NCBI GenBank assembly: GCA_022562935.1
Contig: JADFOI010000001.1
Span: 15,982 to 79,981 of the forward strand
Direction: 5' to 3'
Source of the DNA: Acidobacteriota bacterium
GTDB lineage: Bacteria; Acidobacteriota; UBA6911; RPQK01; JADFOI01
DNA length: 64,000 bases
Each line of letters begins with the position of its first letter. Positions within the stretch are counted from its first letter, which is position 1. Positions 60,742 to 64,000 of the stretch are shown one piece after another. The notes below the pieces were generated by a model. The model was given only the letters and a program-made list of their open reading frames with translations, did no database searches and was not told the origin of the DNA. The position numbers and the translations under genes were made by a program.

Positions 60742-61533
60742 ATGAACGGTCTGGTCAAAAAATTCAAATCTATTTTTGACCCTTCTAGCCCTGAAGCGGA
60801 ACTCCTTGAGCGAATTGATTCGAATAAGCTCCCTCGCCATATCGCGGTGATTATGGATGGCAATGGTCGATGGGCCAAACAGCGAAAACTACCGCGCGTG
60901 GCGGGTCATCGGGCGGGAATCAAGGCCGTGAGGGCAGTGGTCGAGGCGGCTGCGCGGCTGCCCATTTCAGTGCTCACGCTTTACGCCTTTTCAGCCGAGA
61001 ACTGGAAGCGTCCTCGCAGTGAAGTCAGCACGCTGATGAATCTTCTCAAGGACTATATACGTCAAGAACTCTCCACCATTCAAAAAAACGGCATTCGCTT
61101 CCTGACCATCGGGCGCATCGATGAATTGCCTCATTCGGTTCAAAAAGAGTTACGCTTTGCAGAGGAAGAAACCCGAGACAACAAAGGCACCAAAATGGTC
61201 GTCGCCCTCAATTATAGCGGTCGTCTCGAACTGGTCGATGCTTTCAATCAACTCCTGAAGGAGGGAGTATCCTATCCGATCAGCGAAGACAACATCGAGA
61301 AAAGCCTCTATACGGTGGGGCTGCCGGAGCCGGACCTGATGATCCGTACCAGTGGAGAGATGCGGGTGAGCAACTTCCTTCTGTGGCAGATCGCCTATGC
61401 TGAGATTTATGTCACCGACGTGCTGTGGCCGGATTTTCGCGAGATTCACTTGCTGGAGGCAATTCTTGAATTTCAGCAACGTGAGCGGCGCTATGGAGGT
61501 ATTCGCTTCACTTCGTTTCACAATATCCAATGA
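60742..61533 (+). CDS. uppS: di-trans,poly-cis-decaprenylcistransferase (undecaprenyl pyrophosphate synthase)
   Basis: HIAVIMDGNGRWA, LTLYAFSAENWKRP motifs. Confidence 0.95.
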   Translation: MNGLVKKFKSIFDPSSPEAELLERIDSNKLPRHIAVIMDGNGRWAKQRKLPRVAGHRAGIKAVRAVVEAAARLPISVLTLYAFSAENWKRPRSEVSTLMNLLKDYIRQELSTIQKNGIRFLTIGRIDELPHSVQKELRFAEEETRDNKGTKMVVALNYSGRLELVDAFNQLLKEGVSYPISEDNIEKSLYTVGLPEPDLMIRTSGEMRVSNFLLWQIAYAEIYVTDVLWPDFREIHLLEAILEFQQRERRYGGIRFTSFHNIQ

Positions 61534-62318
61534 TGCAGCGCGTGGCCACGGCAGTCTTTCTCCTTCCCCTGGTCCTCCTGTCCATTCGCTATCTTCCACC
61601 CAGCCTGTTTCTCCTGGTGATTGACCTGTTCCTGGGTCTGGGTGTCTTCGAATTACTTCGGCTTCTGGCCCGGTATGGAGTCGAGACCTATTGGTTCACC
61701 TACCCTCTGACCCTGCTCCTGCCTTGGGTATGGACTTATTCTCCTGAATCGGTACTGAGCTATCTTGTGGTCAGCAGTCTGATCTGCATGGGCCACAGCG
61801 TATTCCAGACGCGAGAGATGAAAAAGGGATTCTTGTCCATGTCAGGCAATTTGATGGCTATTTTTTACCTCGGCGTCCCTCTATCCATTGCAGGAAGTTT
61901 TCAAAGTTCTCAGAAGCTGCAGCTCTTGATGGTCCTTTCTGTCGTCTGGGCAGGGGACATCTTGGCCTATGGGGTCGGGAAAAGGTGGGGGAAGCATCAG
62001 GTGACATCCCAGGTGAGTCCCCACAAATCTTTGGAAGGATATGTCGCCGGACTCCTCTTTTCGGTGTTGGCCGCAATGGTGTTCGGGCACTTCTTTATCC
62101 CTGCCTGGTCCACCGCTTATCTCCTTCTCATCCTCATCGGCGCCTTCTTAGGGTTGGTGAGTACGGTGGGAGACCTGTTCGAGTCCATGCTCAAACGCGG
62201 AGCCGACATCAAGGATAGCTCCAATTTACTTCCGGGACACGGAGGAGTCCTCGATCGTATCGACAGCCTGCTTTTTGCCCTTCCCGCCTATTACACTCTC
62301 CTGGTTCTGATAAAATGA
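61530..62318 (+). CDS. cdsA: phosphatidate cytidylyltransferase
   Basis: 262 aa polytopic; C-terminal signature SxLKRxxxxKDxxxxxPGHGGxxDRxD. Confidence 0.9.
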   Translation: MMQRVATAVFLLPLVLLSIRYLPPSLFLLVIDLFLGLGVFELLRLLARYGVETYWFTYPLTLLLPWVWTYSPESVLSYLVVSSLICMGHSVFQTREMKKGFLSMSGNLMAIFYLGVPLSIAGSFQSSQKLQLLMVLSVVWAGDILAYGVGKRWGKHQVTSQVSPHKSLEGYVAGLLFSVLAAMVFGHFFIPAWSTAYLLLILIGAFLGLVSTVGDLFESMLKRGADIKDSSNLLPGHGGVLDRIDSLLFALPAYYTLLVLIK

Positions 62319-62338
62319 GCCGTTCTGAGGAATAAGCT

Positions 62339-63493
62339 GTGAAAAGACTGGCAATTTTAGGATCGACCGGGTCAATCGGCAAGAGCGCTCTGGATCTGGT
62401 TGATCTCTATCCGGAACGTTTTCAAATCGTCACGCTGGCCGCACAAAAAAGTGTAGAGCTTCTTCATCAGCAATGCCTGAAGTATCGGCCCGAAATAGTC
62501 GCTCTGTATGATCGCGAGGCGGCGCGAGATCTGAAGCAGCGCCTTCCCGAGATGAAGGTCCTCTCGGGTGTCGAAGGCGTGATCGAGGCCGCCACCCATC
62601 CCCATGTGGATGTTGTGCTGGCAGGCATCGCGGGCGCGGCAGGGCTGATTCCGACCTACGAAGCACTGCTCAAGAAAAAGGACGTGGCCCTGGCCAACAA
62701 GGAAATCCTGGTGATGGCGGGTGAGTTGATCATGCCCATCGTCAAAAGCACACAGGTGAACCTGCTCCCGGTGGACAGCGAGCACTGTGCTCTCCATCAA
62801 TGCTTGAGAGGCTCGGAAAAGCGAGAAGTTCATCGATTGGTTCTAACGGCCTCAGGTGGACCTTTTCTTCACAAAAACAAACAGCAACTGGAACAGGTCA
62901 CGGTCGAAGAAGCTTTGAATCACCCCACCTGGAGTATGGGGCCCAAGATCACCGTAGACTCCGCCACCTTGATGAACAAGGGGTTAGAAGTCATTGAAGC
63001 CCATCACCTTTTTGGCGTAAAACCCGATCGAATCTCCATCGTGATCCATCCTCAGTCGATTATCCATTCTATGGTTGAATTCATCGATGGCACAGTTCTG
63101 GCCCAGATGAGCATTACCGACATGCGGGCGGCCATTCTGTACGCCCTGGCCTACCCGGATCGTTGGAACTCGAATTTACCTCGACTGGACCTGCTTTCCC
63201 TTGCCGCACTCGAGTTCCATGCTCCAGACACGGATAAGTTCCCCTGTATCCGTCTGGCCTACCAGGCACTGGATGATGGACAAACTTACCCCACCGCCCT
63301 CAATGCCTCCAACGAAGTCGCCGTTCGCTGCTTTTTGGATCAGTCTCTTCCTTTCTCGTCCATCCCCGAAGTGATAGACGAGGTGCTCAACCGGCACGTC
63401 CCTCGTACCGTTAAAGATTTGGAGACCGTACTGGAGGCGGATCGTGAGGCTCGCCGAATGGCACAGGAGACTATAGACTCGGTTTATTCATAG
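62339..63493 (+). CDS. dxr: 1-deoxy-D-xylulose 5-phosphate reductoisomerase
   Basis: ILGSTGSIG NADPH-binding N-terminus; full-length Dxr-like. Confidence 0.95.
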   Translation: MKRLAILGSTGSIGKSALDLVDLYPERFQIVTLAAQKSVELLHQQCLKYRPEIVALYDREAARDLKQRLPEMKVLSGVEGVIEAATHPHVDVVLAGIAGAAGLIPTYEALLKKKDVALANKEILVMAGELIMPIVKSTQVNLLPVDSEHCALHQCLRGSEKREVHRLVLTASGGPFLHKNKQQLEQVTVEEALNHPTWSMGPKITVDSATLMNKGLEVIEAHHLFGVKPDRISIVIHPQSIIHSMVEFIDGTVLAQMSITDMRAAILYALAYPDRWNSNLPRLDLLSLAALEFHAPDTDKFPCIRLAYQALDDGQTYPTALNASNEVAVRCFLDQSLPFSSIPEVIDEVLNRHVPRTVKDLETVLEADREARRMAQETIDSVYS

Positions 63494-63596
63494 GTTCTCT
63501 ACTACAGCGGCGAAATCATCCGCCCTGCGGCACCGACCGCGTTGCGCGCCTCGTCAGACCGGCGCCTTCGCCGCTTCGTGACGAGAACCTATGAAC
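63487..63596. mobile_element. family-C MITE copy (about 110 bp) whose left terminus overlaps the dxr TAG stop
   Basis: ttcataggttctctactacagcggcgaaatcatc ... cgcttcgtgacgagaacctatgaa; reverse complement of the 48531-48648 copy. Confidence 0.8.
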
Positions 63597-63677
63597 AATC
63601 CGAATTAAAACCAAATGCCTCATTTGACAAGCGTCCAGACAGCGACGGACAATTAGATACTAGGAGATTAGAAACTT

Positions 63678-64000
63678 TTGGCTATTTTAACTTCTATCGG
63701 CTTTAGCATCATCGCCTTCCTCTTCGTGCTGGGAGTGATGATTTTCATTCATGAGCTGGGACACCACATAGCGGCAAAACTACTGGGAATCCGGGTGGAT
63801 GTCTTTTCCCTAGGGTTTGGCCGTCGGCTGTTCGGCTTTAAACGGGGAGACACCGATTATCGAGTTAGCCTCCTGCCCCTGGGAGGTTACGTGAAAATGG
63901 CCGGAGAGAACTACGACGAGGAACCCACCGGTGATCCTGGGGAGTTCATGGCCCATCCCAAAACGCATCGTTTCCTGGTAGCCATAGCAGGACCGGTCAT
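63678..64000 (+). CDS. rseP: RIP metalloprotease RseP (site-2 protease), N-terminal part; continues past the window end
   Basis: Probable TTG start at 63678: LAILTSIGFSIIAFLFVLGVMIFIHELGHH (HExxH in TM1) ...LGGYVKMAGE; conserved position after uppS-cdsA-dxr. Confidence 0.7.
   Translation, partial: MAILTSIGFSIIAFLFVLGVMIFIHELGHHIAAKLLGIRVDVFSLGFGRRLFGFKRGDTDYRVSLLPLGGYVKMAGENYDEEPTGDPGEFMAHPKTHRFLVAIAGPV

Overview
This 64 kb window is a gene-dense chromosomal segment from a diderm (Gram-negative-type) bacterium, roughly 55% GC by eye, carrying almost entirely core housekeeping genes. Most run on the minus strand. Calls rest on manual reading of the supplied six-frame ORFs and the DNA; no searches were run and all repeat coordinates are approximate (±2-3 bp). 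In order, the window holds nadC; valS; a response regulator; a BamD-like lipoprotein; rpe; a kinase-less PASTA protein; rsmB-fmt-def-aroC; mlaEFD; a CDP-alcohol phosphatidyltransferase; a LolA-like/ABC (LolCDE- or MacB-like)/lipoprotein/DedA cluster; the dnaK-dnaJ(cbpA-like)-hspR heat-shock operon; a MinD/ParA-like ATPase; a trypsin-like protease; a large VOC-PilZ-Pro/Ala-repeat protein; a cytochrome c maturation System I cluster (ccmE-F-H-x-A-B-C-D) in which CcmE has the rare Cys (CxxxY) variant; an F0-only ATP synthase operon (atpZ-atpI-atpB-atpE-atpF); an 11-gene nuoABCDHIJKLMN operon; UDP-glucuronate decarboxylase; uvrB; aroA; aroK; an MltD-like transglycosylase; clpB; grpE; ruvC; yebC; truA; and uppS-cdsA-dxr-rseP. 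There is no CRISPR array, phage or classical defence gene. The most unusual thing in the window is non-coding. At least four interrelated families of small palindromic or composite repeats fill nearly every intergenic gap, including sites inside the nuo, ccm and yebC-ruvC operons. These are a MITE-like element with CATAGGTTCTCGTCACGAAGCG terminal repeats, a GTGTCTCGTCCCATGAATACC-terminated element, GGGACAGGCCC...GGGCCTGTCCC hairpins, and microsatellite-module composites. The best protein-coding candidate for something undescribed is the MinD-like ATPase, cytoplasmic S1 protease and VOC-PilZ-PA-repeat gene trio at 23.9-28.3 kb, but this is inference only.
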